Under the pieces are notes generated by a model. The model ran no database searches. It was given only the letters and a program-made list of their open reading frames with translations, and was not told the origin of the DNA. DNA of 26,266 nucleotides from the IMG/VR virus record IMGVR_UViG_2563366988_000001. The stretch is one strand, 5' to 3'. This DNA is from a virus (taxonomy: Duplodnaviria; Heunggongvirae; Uroviricota; Caudoviricetes). Below, piece after piece: positions 9,856-18,826 of this stretch (position 1 is the first letter of the stretch; every line of letters starts with the position of its first letter). The translations under genes were made by a program, and so were the position numbers.

Positions 9856-10394
9856 AAACGGGGGCTGAAGCCATCCGGGCGCTGGCCACACAGCTCCCGG
9901 CGTTTCGTCAGAAACTGAGCGACGGCTGGTATCAGGTACGGATTGCCGGGCGTGATACAGGTGAAACGGAATTATCAGCCCGTCTTAATGAACCGCTGGC
10001 AAATGGTGCTGTGATCCATATCGTGCCGCGTCTGGCAGGAGCCAAAAGTGGCGGTGTGTTTCAGGCTGTGCTGGGGGCGGCTGTTATGGCGGTTGCTATA
10101 TGGATGCCGGGGGTAGGAATTATGGCGAGTAATCTGCTGTTTTCTCTCGGTGCCAGTATGACGCTTGGCGGTGTTGCACAGATGCTGGCCCCTAAACCCA
10201 AAACCCCCCGCACACAGACAACGGATAACGGCAAACAGAACACCTATTTTTCTTCACTGGATAATATGGTTGCCCAGGGCAATGTTCTGCCCGTTCTGTA
10301 CGGTGAAATGCGCGTGGGATCACGTGTGGTATCTCAGGAGATCAGCACAGCAGATGAAGGTGATGGTGGTCAGGTTGTGGTGATTGGTCGCTGA
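9753..10394 (+). CDS. I: Tail assembly protein I
   Basis: 213 aa MAATHTLPLASPGMARICLYGDLQRFGRRIDLRVKTGAEAIRALATQL... matches lambda gpI; overlaps the K 3' end in another frame as in lambda. Confidence 0.92.
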   Translation: MAATHTLPLASPGMARICLYGDLQRFGRRIDLRVKTGAEAIRALATQLPAFRQKLSDGWYQVRIAGRDTGETELSARLNEPLANGAVIHIVPRLAGAKSGGVFQAVLGAAVMAVAIWMPGVGIMASNLLFSLGASMTLGGVAQMLAPKPKTPRTQTTDNGKQNTYFSSLDNMVAQGNVLPVLYGEMRVGSRVVSQEISTADEGDGGQVVVIGR

Positions 10395-10413
10395 TGAAAA
10401 ACGTTTTATGTGA

Positions 10414-10440
10414 AACCGCCTCCGGGCGGTTTTATCGTTT
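10414..10440 (+). terminator. Hairpin AACCGCC-tccg-GGCGGTT followed by TTATCGTTT between I and J
   Basis: 7-bp stem and U-rich tail read from sequence; likely a partial terminator or RNA-stabilising element. Confidence 0.4.
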
Positions 10441-10454
10441 ATGGAGCATGACGA

Positions 10455-13400
10455 ATGGGTAAAGGCAGCAGTAAGGGGCATACCCCGCGCGAAGCGAAGG
10501 ACAACCTGAAGTCCACGCAGCTGCTGAGTGTGATCGATGCCATCAGCGAAGGGCCGGTTGAAGGTCCGGTGGATGGATTAAAAAGCGTGCTGCTGAACAG
10601 TACGCCGGTGCTGGACAGTGAGGGGAATACCAATATATCCGGCGTCACGGTGGTGTTCCGGGCCGGTGAGCAGGAGCAGACTCCGCCGGAGGGATTTGAA
10701 TCCTCCGGTTCCGAGACGGTGCTGGGTACGGAAGTGAAATATGACACGCCGATCACCCGCACCATCACGTCGGCAAACATCGACCGTCTGCGCTTTACCT
10801 TCGGTGTGCAGGCACTGGTGGAAACCACCTCAAAGGGGGACAGGAATCCATCGGAAGTCCGCCTGCTGGTTCAGATACAACGTAACGGTGGCTGGGTGAC
10901 GGAAAAAGACATCACCATTAAGGGTAAAACCACCTCGCAGTATCTGGCCTCAGTGGTGGTGGATAACCTGCCGCCGCGCCCGTTTAATATCCGGATGCGC
11001 AGGATGACGCCGGACAGCACCACAGACCAGCTGCAGAACAAAACGCTCTGGTCGTCATACACCGAAATCATCGATGTGAAACAGTGCTACCCGAACACGG
11101 CACTGGTCGGCGTGCAGGTGGACTCGGAGCAGTTCGGCAGCCAGCAGGTGAGCCGTAATTATCATCTGCGCGGGCGTATTCTGCAGGTGCCGTCGAACTA
11201 TAACCCGCAGACGCGGCAATACAGCGGTATCTGGGACGGGACGTTTAAACCGGCATACAGCAACAACATGGCCTGGTGTCTGTGGGATATGCTGACCCAT
11301 CCGCGCTACGGCATGGGGAAGCGTCTCGGTGCGGCGGATGTGGACAAATGGGCGCTGTATGTCATCGGCCAGAATTGCGACCAGTCGGTGCCGGATGGCT
11401 TTGGTGGCACGGAGCCGCGCATCACCTGTAATGCCTGGCTGACCACGCAGCGCAAGGCGTGGGATGTGCTCAGTGATTTCTGCTCGGCGATGCGCTGTAT
11501 GCCGGTATGGAACGGGCAGACGCTGACGTTCGTGCAGGACCGGCCATCGGATAAGGTGTGGACCTATAACCGTAGTAATGTGGTGATGCCGGATGATGGC
11601 GCGCCGTTCCGCTACAGCTTCAGCGCCCTGAAGGACCGTCATAATGCCGTTGAGGTGAACTGGATTGACCCGAATAACGGCTGGGAGACGGCGACAGAGC
11701 TTGTGGAGGACACGCAGGCCATTGCCCGTTACGGTCGTAACGTCACGAAGATGGATGCCTTTGGCTGTACCAGCCGGGGGCAGGCACACCGCGCCGGGCT
11801 GTGGCTGATTAAAACAGAACTGCTGGAAACGCAGACCGTGGATTTCAGCGTCGGCGCAGAAGGGCTTCGCCATGTACCGGGTGATGTTATTGAAATCTGC
11901 GATGATGACTATGCGGGGATCAGCATTGGCGGGCGCGTGCTGGCGGTGAACAGCCAGACCCGGACGCTGACGCTCGACCGTGAAATCACGCTGCCATCCT
12001 CCGGTACCACGCTGATAAGCCTGGTTGACGGGCAGGGGAGTCCGGTCAGCGTGGAGGTTCAGTCCGTCACCGACGGCGTGAAGGTGAAAGTGAGTCGGGT
12101 TCCTGACGGCGTTGCCGGATACAGCGTGTGGGGGCTGAAGCTGCCGACGCTGCGCCAGCGCCTGTTCCGCTGTGTGAGTATCCGTGAGAACGATGACGGC
12201 ACGTATGCCATCACTGCCGTGCAGCATGTACCGGAAAAAGAAGCCATCGTGGATAACGGGGCGCACTTTGACGGCGACCAGAGCGGCACGGTGAATGGTG
12301 TCACGCCGCCAGCGGTGCAGCACCTGACCGCCGAAGTCACCGCAGACAGCGGGGAATACCAGGTGCTGGCGCGCTGGGATACGCCGAAGGTGGTGAAGGG
12401 CGTGAGCTTTATGCTTCGCCTGACCGTGGCAGCGGATGACGGCAGTGAGCGGCTGGTCAGCACGGCCCGGACGACGGAAACCACATACCGCTTCAGGCAG
12501 CTGGCTCTGGGAAATTACAGTCTGACAGTCCGGGCGGTAAATGCGTGGGGGCAGCAGGGCGATCCGGCGTCGGTATCGTTCCGGATTGCCGCACCGGCAG
12601 CGCCATCGCGGATTGAGCTGACGCCGGGCTATTTTCAGATAACCGCCACGCCGCATCTTGCGGTTTATGATCCGACGGTACAGTTTGAGTTCTGGTTCTC
12701 GGAAAATCGGATTGCGGATATCAGGCAGGTTGAAACCAGCGCGCGTTATCTTGGCACGGCGCTGTACTGGATAGCCGCCAGTATCAATATCAAACCGGGC
12801 CATGATTATTATTTTTACGTTCGCAGTGTGAACACCGTCGGCAAATCGACATTCGTGGAGGCTGTCGGTCGGGCGAGCGATGATGCGGAAGGTTACCTGG
12901 ATTTTTTCAAAGGCAAGATAACCGAATCCCATCTCGGCAAGGAGCTGCTGGAAAAAGTCGAGCTGACGGAGGATAACGCCAGCAGACTGGAGGAGTTTTC
13001 GAAAGAGTGGAAGGACGCCAACGATAAGTGGAATGCCATGTGGGCTGTCAAAATTGAGCAGACCAAAGACGGCAAACATTATGTCGCGGGGCTTGGCCTC
13101 AGCATGGAGGACACGGAGGAAGGCAAACTGAGCCAGTTCCTGGTTGCCGCTAACCGTATCGCATTTATTGACCCGGCAAACGGGAATGAAACGCCGATGT
13201 TTGTGGCGCAGGGCAATCAGATATTCATGAACGAAGTGTTCCTGAAATATCTGACGGCTCCCACCATTACCAGCGGCGGTAATCCTCCGGCATTTTCCCT
13301 GACACCGGACGGGCGGCTGACGGCGAAAAATGCCGATATCAGCGGTAACGTGAATGCGAACTCCGGGACGCTCAACAACGTCACGATTAACGAGAACTGC

Positions 13401-13850
13401 CGGGTTCTGGGAAAACTGTCCGCGAACCAGATTGAAGGCGATCTCGTTAAAACAGTGGGCAAAGCTTTCCCCCGTGACTCCCGAGCACCGGAGCGGTGGC
13501 CATCAGGGACCATTACCGTCAGGGTTTATGACGATCAGCCGTTTGACCGGCAAATTGTTATTCCGGCGGTGGCATTCAGTGGCGCTAAGCATGAGAGAGA
13601 GCATACTGATATTTACTCCTCATGCCGTCTGATAGTGCGGAAAAACGGTGCTGAAATTTATAACCGTACCGCGCTGGATAATACGCTGATTTACAGTGGC
13701 GTTATTGATATGCCTGCCGGTCACGGTCACATGACACTGGAGTTTTCGGTGTCAGCATGGCTGGTAAATGGCTGGTATCCCACAGCAAGTATCAGCGATT
13801 TGCTGGTTGTTGTGATGAAGAAAGCCACTGCAGGCATCACGATTAGCTGA
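10455..13850 (+). CDS. J: Central tail fibre / host specificity protein J
   Basis: 1131 aa starting [54 protein letters not shown], matches lambda gpJ (1132 aa). Confidence 0.95.
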   Translation: MGKGSSKGHTPREAKDNLKSTQLLSVIDAISEGPVEGPVDGLKSVLLNSTPVLDSEGNTNISGVTVVFRAGEQEQTPPEGFESSGSETVLGTEVKYDTPITRTITSANIDRLRFTFGVQALVETTSKGDRNPSEVRLLVQIQRNGGWVTEKDITIKGKTTSQYLASVVVDNLPPRPFNIRMRRMTPDSTTDQLQNKTLWSSYTEIIDVKQCYPNTALVGVQVDSEQFGSQQVSRNYHLRGRILQVPSNYNPQTRQYSGIWDGTFKPAYSNNMAWCLWDMLTHPRYGMGKRLGAADVDKWALYVIGQNCDQSVPDGFGGTEPRITCNAWLTTQRKAWDVLSDFCSAMRCMPVWNGQTLTFVQDRPSDKVWTYNRSNVVMPDDGAPFRYSFSALKDRHNAVEVNWIDPNNGWETATELVEDTQAIARYGRNVTKMDAFGCTSRGQAHRAGLWLIKTELLETQTVDFSVGAEGLRHVPGDVIEICDDDYAGISIGGRVLAVNSQTRTLTLDREITLPSSGTTLISLVDGQGSPVSVEVQSVTDGVKVKVSRVPDGVAGYSVWGLKLPTLRQRLFRCVSIRENDDGTYAITAVQHVPEKEAIVDNGAHFDGDQSGTVNGVTPPAVQHLTAEVTADSGEYQVLARWDTPKVVKGVSFMLRLTVAADDGSERLVSTARTTETTYRFRQLALGNYSLTVRAVNAWGQQGDPASVSFRIAAPAAPSRIELTPGYFQITATPHLAVYDPTVQFEFWFSENRIADIRQVETSARYLGTALYWIAASINIKPGHDYYFYVRSVNTVGKSTFVEAVGRASDDAEGYLDFFKGKITESHLGKELLEKVELTEDNASRLEEFSKEWKDANDKWNAMWAVKIEQTKDGKHYVAGLGLSMEDTEEGKLSQFLVAANRIAFIDPANGNETPMFVAQGNQIFMNEVFLKYLTAPTITSGGNPPAFSLTPDGRLTAKNADISGNVNANSGTLNNVTINENCRVLGKLSANQIEGDLVKTVGKAFPRDSRAPERWPSGTITVRVYDDQPFDRQIVIPAVAFSGAKHEREHTDIYSSCRLIVRKNGAEIYNRTALDNTLIYSGVIDMPAGHGHMTLEFSVSAWLVNGWYPTASISDLLVVVMKKATAGITIS

Positions 13851-13869
13851 ATTTTATAACCCAGATACG

Positions 13870-13895
13870 GGCACCAGAAATGGTGCCTTTTTTAT
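13870..13895 (+). terminator. Intrinsic terminator after J (GGCACC-agaaat-GGTGCC then TTTTTTATT)
   Basis: Perfect 6-bp GC stem followed by a T6 run, 20 nt after the J stop. Confidence 0.6.
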
Positions 13896-13917
13896 TGCAG
13901 AAAAGCGAGAGGTAATT

Positions 13918-14517
13918 ATGCGTAAATTATGTGCTGTTATTCTGTCCGCAGTAGTCTGGCTGGTTGCCGCTGGTACGCCAGCGAGCGCAGCAGAGCATCA
14001 GTCCACACTAAGCGCCGGGTATCTTCAGACCCATACTGATATGCCAGGCAGTGATGACCTGAAGGGCATTAACGTGAAATACCGTTATGAATTTACGGAC
14101 ACGCTGGGGCTGGTGACGTCATTCAGTTATGCCAATGCCAAAGATGAGCAAAGAACGCATTACAGCGATACCCGCTGGCATGAAGATTCAGTGCGTAACC
14201 GCTGGTTCAGCATGATGGCGGGGCCATCTGTACGCGTGAATGAATGGTTCAGTGCTTATGCGATGGCAGGTGTGGCTTACAGCCGTGTTTCGACGTTCTC
14301 CGGGGATTATCTCCGCGTAACTGACAACAAGGGGAAAACGCACGATGTGCTGACCGGAAGTGATGACGATCGCCACAGCAACACGTCTCTGGCGTGGGGA
14401 GCTGGCGTGCAGTTTAACCCGACCGAATCCGTGGCCATTGATATTGCTTATGAAGGCTCCGGCAGTGGCGACTGGCGCACTGACGGTTTCATCGTGGGTG
14501 TCGGTTATAAGTTCTGA
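13918..14517 (+). CDS. lom: Outer membrane protein Lom (Ail/Lom/PagC family beta-barrel)
   Basis: 199 aa with signal peptide MRKLCAVILSAVVWLVAAGTPASAAEH and C-terminal GYKF; matches lambda Lom from memory. Confidence 0.92.
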   Translation: MRKLCAVILSAVVWLVAAGTPASAAEHQSTLSAGYLQTHTDMPGSDDLKGINVKYRYEFTDTLGLVTSFSYANAKDEQRTHYSDTRWHEDSVRNRWFSMMAGPSVRVNEWFSAYAMAGVAYSRVSTFSGDYLRVTDNKGKTHDVLTGSDDDRHSNTSLAWGAGVQFNPTESVAIDIAYEGSGSGDWRTDGFIVGVGYKF

Positions 14518-14543
14518 TTAGCCAGGTAACACAGTGTTATGAC

Positions 14544-14571
14544 AGCCCGCCGGTTCAGGCGGGCTTTTTTG
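14544..14571 (+). terminator. Intrinsic terminator after lom (AGCCCGCC-ggttca-GGCGGGCT then TTTTTT)
   Basis: 8-bp perfect GC-rich stem followed by a T-run. Confidence 0.7.
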
Positions 14572-14581
14572 TGGAGTGGAT

Positions 14582-16957
14582 ATGGCAGCAGTAAAAATCT
14601 CAGGTGTGCTGAAAGATGGTGCGGGAAAACCAATACAGAACTGCACTATTCAACTGAAGGCAAAGCGTAACAGCACCACGGTACTGGTGAACACGGTGGC
14701 TTCTGAAAATCCGGATGAAGCCGGACGTTACAGCATGGATGTTGAGTATGGCCAGTACAGCGTCACCCTGCTGGTTGAAGGTTTTCCGCCTTCACATGCC
14801 GGGACCATTACCGTCTATGAAGGCTCCAGACCAGGTACGCTGAATGATTTTCTCGGTGCCATGACGGAAGATGATGTCATGCCGGAGGCATTGCGTCGTT
14901 TTGAGGAAATGGTGGAAGAAGCGGCACGCAACGCTGAAGCCGCCTCTCAGAGCGCAGCGGCGGCAAAGAAATCCGAAACTGCAGCGGCATCATCGAAGAA
15001 CGCGGCGAAAACCTCAGAAACGAATGCAGCTAATAGTGCACAGGCGGCAGCGACCTCAAAGACTGCATCGGCAAACTCCGCGACAGCAGCCAAAAAATCA
15101 GAAACCAACGCGAAAAATAGCGAGACAGCCGCAAAGACGAGCGAAACCAACGCAAAGTCCAGCCAGACGGCAGCGAAAACCAGCGAAACGAATGCCAAAG
15201 CCAGTGAAACTGCGGCAAAAAACAGCCAGGTTGCAGCAGCCCAAATCGAGAGCGCGGCAGCCGGTTCTGCGACTTCAGCAGCTGGATCAGCAACTGCTGC
15301 GGCTAACAGCCAGAAAGCTGCGAAGACGAGTGAAACTAACGCAAAGTTCAGCCAGACGGCAGCGAAGACCAGCGAAACGAATGCCAAAGCCAGCGAAACT
15401 GCGGCGAAAAACAGTCAGGATGCAGCAGCCCAAAGCGAGAGTGCTGCAGCTGGTTCTGCAAGCGCGGCGGCTGCTTCTGCCACTGCATCAGCCAACAGTC
15501 AAAAAGCAGCAAAAACCAGTGAAACCAATGCAAAGACAAGCGAGACTGCAGCGGCGAACTCGGCGAAAGCATCGGCAGCAAGCCAGACAGCAGCTAAAGC
15601 AAGTGAAGACGCAGCCAGAGAGTATGCAAGTCAGGCAGCAGAGCCGTATAAATATGTCTTACAGCCGCTGCCTGATGTGTGGATACCATTTAACGATTCG
15701 CTGGATATGATTACGGGCTTTTCGCCATCATATAAAAAAATTGTTATTGGTGACGATGAAATAACGATGCCTGGCGACAAGATTGTTAAGTTTAAACGTG
15801 CATCGAAAGCAACCTATATTAACAAATCTGGTGTGCTGACAGAGGCTGCCATTGACGAGCCACGATTTGAACGTGATGGCCTGCTTATTGAGGGGCAAAG
15901 AACAAACTACATGCTCAATTCGGAAAGCCCTGCAAGTTGGGGGCGATCATCAAATATGGATGTGCCCGAAACAGGGACGGATAATTTTGGTTTTACCTAT
16001 GGAAAGTTTGTCTGCAACGATTCTCTGATTGGGCAAACCTCAGCCATTAATATGGCATCAATTGCTGCAACAAAGTCAGTTGATGTCTCAGGCGATAATA
16101 AACACGTGACAACCTCATGTCGTTTTAAAACAGAACTGCAGGTAAGGTTGCGTATCCGGTTTGATAAATATGACGGTAGCACAACAACTTTTCTTGGTGA
16201 TGCGTATATTGATACACAAACGCTTGAAATTAATATGACAGGCGGTGCTGCCTCAAGAATTACAGCGAGAGTCAGAAAGGACGAAGCTACCGGATGGATT
16301 TTTGCAGAGGCAACAATTCAGGCAATTGATGGGGAGTTAAAAATAGGCTCTCAGATACAGTATTCTCCTAAGCAGAGCGGGGCAACCGTATCTGGTGACT
16401 ATATTTATCTGGCCACCCCACAAGTAGAAGATGGGCCTTGTGTATCATCTTTTATTATATCAGGAGCGACGGCGGCGACCCGCGCAAGCGATATAGTTAC
16501 AGTTCCAATTAAGAATAATCTTTATAATCTTCCTTTTACGGTTCTTTGTGAGGTACATAAGAACTGGTATAAAACGCCAAATGCAGCGCCACGTGTTTTT
16601 GATACCGGCGGTCATCAAACCGGAGCGGCTATTATTCTTGGCTTCGGTCGTTCAACAGATTACGACGGATTTCCTTATTGCGATATTGGAGGAGCTAACA
16701 GACGGGTAAACGAAAACGCATCGCTTGAAAAAATGGTTATGGGGATGCGTGTAAAGTCAGAGCAGTCTACGTGCTCAGTAAGTAACGGGCATATATCCAG
16801 CGAAACAAAAACCACATGGTCCTGTATTCAGAACACCGCAATTATCCGTATTGGAGGCCAGACTACAGCCGGGTTACGTCATTTATTTGGTCATGTCAGG
16901 AATTTTAGAATATGGCACAAGGCATTGACTGATGCTCAGGTGGGGGAGTCAATCTAA
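14582..16957 (+). CDS. stf: Side tail fibre protein (lambda Stf-like N-terminal half with alanine-rich repeats; divergent lower-GC C-terminal receptor-binding region with LamG-like features)
   Basis: N-terminus MAAVKISGVLKDGAGKPIQNCTIQLKAKRNSTT matches lambda Stf; AAKTSETNAK-type repeats; base composition visibly drops from about 15650; C-terminal ...RHLFGHVRNFRIWHKALTDAQV resembles a LamG-like jelly-roll tail. Confidence 0.88.
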   Translation: MAAVKISGVLKDGAGKPIQNCTIQLKAKRNSTTVLVNTVASENPDEAGRYSMDVEYGQYSVTLLVEGFPPSHAGTITVYEGSRPGTLNDFLGAMTEDDVMPEALRRFEEMVEEAARNAEAASQSAAAAKKSETAAASSKNAAKTSETNAANSAQAAATSKTASANSATAAKKSETNAKNSETAAKTSETNAKSSQTAAKTSETNAKASETAAKNSQVAAAQIESAAAGSATSAAGSATAAANSQKAAKTSETNAKFSQTAAKTSETNAKASETAAKNSQDAAAQSESAAAGSASAAAASATASANSQKAAKTSETNAKTSETAAANSAKASAASQTAAKASEDAAREYASQAAEPYKYVLQPLPDVWIPFNDSLDMITGFSPSYKKIVIGDDEITMPGDKIVKFKRASKATYINKSGVLTEAAIDEPRFERDGLLIEGQRTNYMLNSESPASWGRSSNMDVPETGTDNFGFTYGKFVCNDSLIGQTSAINMASIAATKSVDVSGDNKHVTTSCRFKTELQVRLRIRFDKYDGSTTTFLGDAYIDTQTLEINMTGGAASRITARVRKDEATGWIFAEATIQAIDGELKIGSQIQYSPKQSGATVSGDYIYLATPQVEDGPCVSSFIISGATAATRASDIVTVPIKNNLYNLPFTVLCEVHKNWYKTPNAAPRVFDTGGHQTGAAIILGFGRSTDYDGFPYCDIGGANRRVNENASLEKMVMGMRVKSEQSTCSVSNGHISSETKTTWSCIQNTAIIRIGGQTTAGLRHLFGHVRNFRIWHKALTDAQVGESI
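15161..15538 (+). repeat. Tandem direct repeat, 2 x 189 bp (63-aa unit), inside stf
   Basis: Unit 1 at 15161-15349 and unit 2 at 15350-15538 encode SQTAAKTSETNAKASETAAKNSQ[V/D]AAAQ[I/S]ESAAAGSA... with few substitutions; shorter 13-14 aa sub-repeats on either side. Confidence 0.85.
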
Positions 16958-17238
16958 TGAAAGATTTAACACTCAAATTTGCCGACAGGGCCGACTTTTC
17001 GGCCTTTATGGAGAGTATTGGCTATTATGATGACGAGTCGATGCAGGATGATATTCTTATTGACGTGATAGGTAACGCGTACAAAGAAACCGGAGAACTG
17101 ACTGAAGATGGCGAACCGGTATGTGTTAAGGAAGACGGATATTTTGTAAACGTGCGCATCATTAATGATTCGCAAATATCGTCATTATTCGATGAATACG
17201 TGGTTGCTGTTGAGCATCAACTTCGTGGCTGGATGTGA
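16957..17238 (+). CDS. Hypothetical acidic 93-aa protein, translationally coupled to stf; possible fibre chaperone
   Basis: ATG overlaps the stf stop (TAATG); no homolog recognised from memory; lower-GC segment. Confidence 0.6.
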   Translation: MKDLTLKFADRADFSAFMESIGYYDDESMQDDILIDVIGNAYKETGELTEDGEPVCVKEDGYFVNVRIINDSQISSLFDEYVVAVEHQLRGWM

Positions 17239-17247
17239 GGAAGAAAA

Positions 17248-18285
17248 ATGGCTACATCGACAGTAATTCCTGATGACATCAAAACGCTAAAATCCGACGT
17301 TAGCAAATTAAAAAACGATCAAGGAAGCTACGCAACAAAATTATATGTAGACAGCAAAGATGAAATCGTTGGTGACTGGTCTGCTTCATGGTATCAGCAG
17401 GTATTGCCAACTAGCGGAGCTATATTTGGGAGAAAACTCCGCTCAACTCACAGGACGGCAGGTGTTGAGGATGCGTATTGCGAACTATACCTCAAAAAAT
17501 GGATAGACAGTCCAGGTAACGCAATGGCGCGCCTTAACCTGAACGATAACGGGACAAACATTTGCTGGGACTCTACCAACCTTTATGGCGGTACGATGAT
17601 TTTTCCCGGTGACAGCGGATACCTCAAAATGGGTAACTGCCTTATGTCATACAGCAAGCGTGGAAGTAACGCGCTTATTAAATTTGATTACACCGACACA
17701 TTACAGATCAAATATGCCAATCATGGGTCAACCATGACATTAAACACACAGGGAACCGCTTATGCTGGTGTTACTGCTCAATTGTGGGGCAACTCCAGCC
17801 GTCCTGTTGTTTATGAAGTCGGTGTTGATGGTGGCGCTTATATGTTCTATGCGCAGAAAAATACCGATAACACCTATATGTTAAGCGTTAATGGTGCATG
17901 TCATGCCACCACATTTAACCAGCATTCCGACCGGGATCTGAAAGACAACATTCAGGTGATCGATAATGCAACCGACCGCATCCGTAAAATGAACGGCTAT
18001 ACATACACGCTTAAAGAAAACGGTATCCCCTATGCTGGTGTCATTGCACAGGAAGCTCTGGAAGCAATCCCAGAAGTTGTAGGTTCCGCAATGAAATATC
18101 AGGACGGTGCAAGCGGATCGGAAGGTGAAGAAGGTGAACGTTATTACACAGTAGATTATTCTGGTGTTACTGGCTTGCTTGTTCAGGTAGCCAGAGAGTC
18201 AGACGACAGGATAACAGCACTGGAAGAAGAAAACGCAGAATTAAGACAAAGATTATCTGCAATTGAGGCGGCGCTTGCGTCTTAA
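17248..18285 (+). CDS. Tail fibre/spike protein with C-terminal peptidase S74 intramolecular chaperone domain
   Basis: C-terminal motif HSDRDLKDNIQVIDNATDRIRKMNGYTYTLKENGIPYAGVIAQEALEAIPEVV matches the self-cleaving chaperone domain of endosialidases and T5 pb1 (Ser...Lys dyad, SDRxLK), followed by a coiled-coil tail. Confidence 0.8.
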   Translation: MATSTVIPDDIKTLKSDVSKLKNDQGSYATKLYVDSKDEIVGDWSASWYQQVLPTSGAIFGRKLRSTHRTAGVEDAYCELYLKKWIDSPGNAMARLNLNDNGTNICWDSTNLYGGTMIFPGDSGYLKMGNCLMSYSKRGSNALIKFDYTDTLQIKYANHGSTMTLNTQGTAYAGVTAQLWGNSSRPVVYEVGVDGGAYMFYAQKNTDNTYMLSVNGACHATTFNQHSDRDLKDNIQVIDNATDRIRKMNGYTYTLKENGIPYAGVIAQEALEAIPEVVGSAMKYQDGASGSEGEEGERYYTVDYSGVTGLLVQVARESDDRITALEEENAELRQRLSAIEAALAS

Positions 18286-18294
18286 TAATATTAA

Positions 18295-18317
18295 GGGGTC
18301 GAGCGCCCCGTTTTATT
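18295..18317 (+). terminator. Weak terminator-like hairpin (GGGGtcgagcGCCCC) plus GTTTTATT after the S74 fibre gene
   Basis: Short GC stem and T-run; overlaps the approach to the next gene's RBS. Confidence 0.3.
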
Positions 18318-18330
18318 GGGTAGGATGAAA

Positions 18331-18624
18331 ATGGATATAACACCTTTCCTTCATGCGCTTTGTGCTGTGGCTGCGCAGCTACTGATTGGTCTTTTTACCG
18401 GGAACTGGGCTTACGGGGCGATAGCCGGTTGTACGTTCTTCATTGCGCGTGAACACACCCAGGCAGAATATCGCTGGATTGAAATGTTCGGGCATGGCAA
18501 GCGAATGAATATGCCGTGGTGGGGCGGTTTTGATCCGCGCGCGTGGGATGTAGCAAGTCTGATGGATTTTGCTGTGCCGGTGGTGGCGTGTCTGCTGGTC
18601 TGGCTGTTGGTTAATCGTGGGTGA
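18331..18624 (+). CDS. Small integral membrane protein (about 97 aa, three predicted TM segments), unknown function
   Basis: ATG at 18331 with AGGA at 18322-18325; the ORF-track frame opens at 18316 (TTG). Hydrophobic stretches FLHALCAVAAQLLIGLF, AYGAIAGCTFFIA, FAVPVVACLLVWLLV. Confidence 0.6.
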   Translation: MDITPFLHALCAVAAQLLIGLFTGNWAYGAIAGCTFFIAREHTQAEYRWIEMFGHGKRMNMPWWGGFDPRAWDVASLMDFAVPVVACLLVWLLVNRG

Positions 18625-18634
18625 AAAAAGGTGA

Positions 18635-18763
18635 GCTGTATATGCAACGGAGGAAGAAACCTCGTTGCTGGAAGCCTGGAAGAAGTATCGGGTGTTGCTG
18701 AACCGTGTTGATACATCAACTGCACCTGATATTGAGTGGCCTACGAACCCTGTCAGGGAGTAA
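18635..18763 (+). pseudogene. tfa: Tail fibre assembly protein Tfa, 3' remnant (last about 40 codons, no start codon)
   Basis: Frame encodes ...[39 protein letters not shown], matching the lambda Tfa C-terminus; in-frame TGA immediately upstream at 18632-18634. Confidence 0.8.
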
Positions 18764-18777
18764 TCATTGGGATTATG

Positions 18778-18826
18778 CCGCAGCACGTCTTAAGCAAGAA
18801 CGTGCTGCGGTTGGATGCTATTTTTT
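18778..18826. terminator. Hairpin (CCGCAGCACGT-loop-ACGTGCTGCGG) plus T-run between convergent tfa remnant and methyltransferase gene; candidate bidirectional terminator
   Basis: 11-bp stem at 18778-18788 / 18800-18810, then TATTTTTT at 18819-18826; a second copy at 26089-26123 carries compensatory changes. Confidence 0.5.

Noticed and set aside
11055-13079. 674-aa ORF on the minus strand entirely inside J
   Set aside because: Antisense to a strongly supported, lambda-homologous gene; Arg/Pro/His-rich composition typical of a spurious open frame in GC-rich coding DNA; no RBS or start context.
14950-15600. Possible CRISPR-like periodicity in the stf repeat block
   Set aside because: Repeats are in-frame, protein-coding and of 39-189 bp periodicity without unique spacers; no cas genes; this is fibre shaft repeat structure.
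14871-15710. 279-aa plus-strand and 146-aa minus-strand ORFs (Arg/Lys/Gln-rich or Ala/Phe-rich) overlapping the stf repeat region
   Set aside because: Alternative frames of the alanine-rich repetitive stf sequence; repeats propagate open frames artificially.
18642-18701. Short [22 protein letters not shown] downstream of the membrane protein gene
   Set aside because: Out-of-frame reading of the tfa C-terminal remnant; the tfa frame gives a clean match to the lambda Tfa C-terminus.
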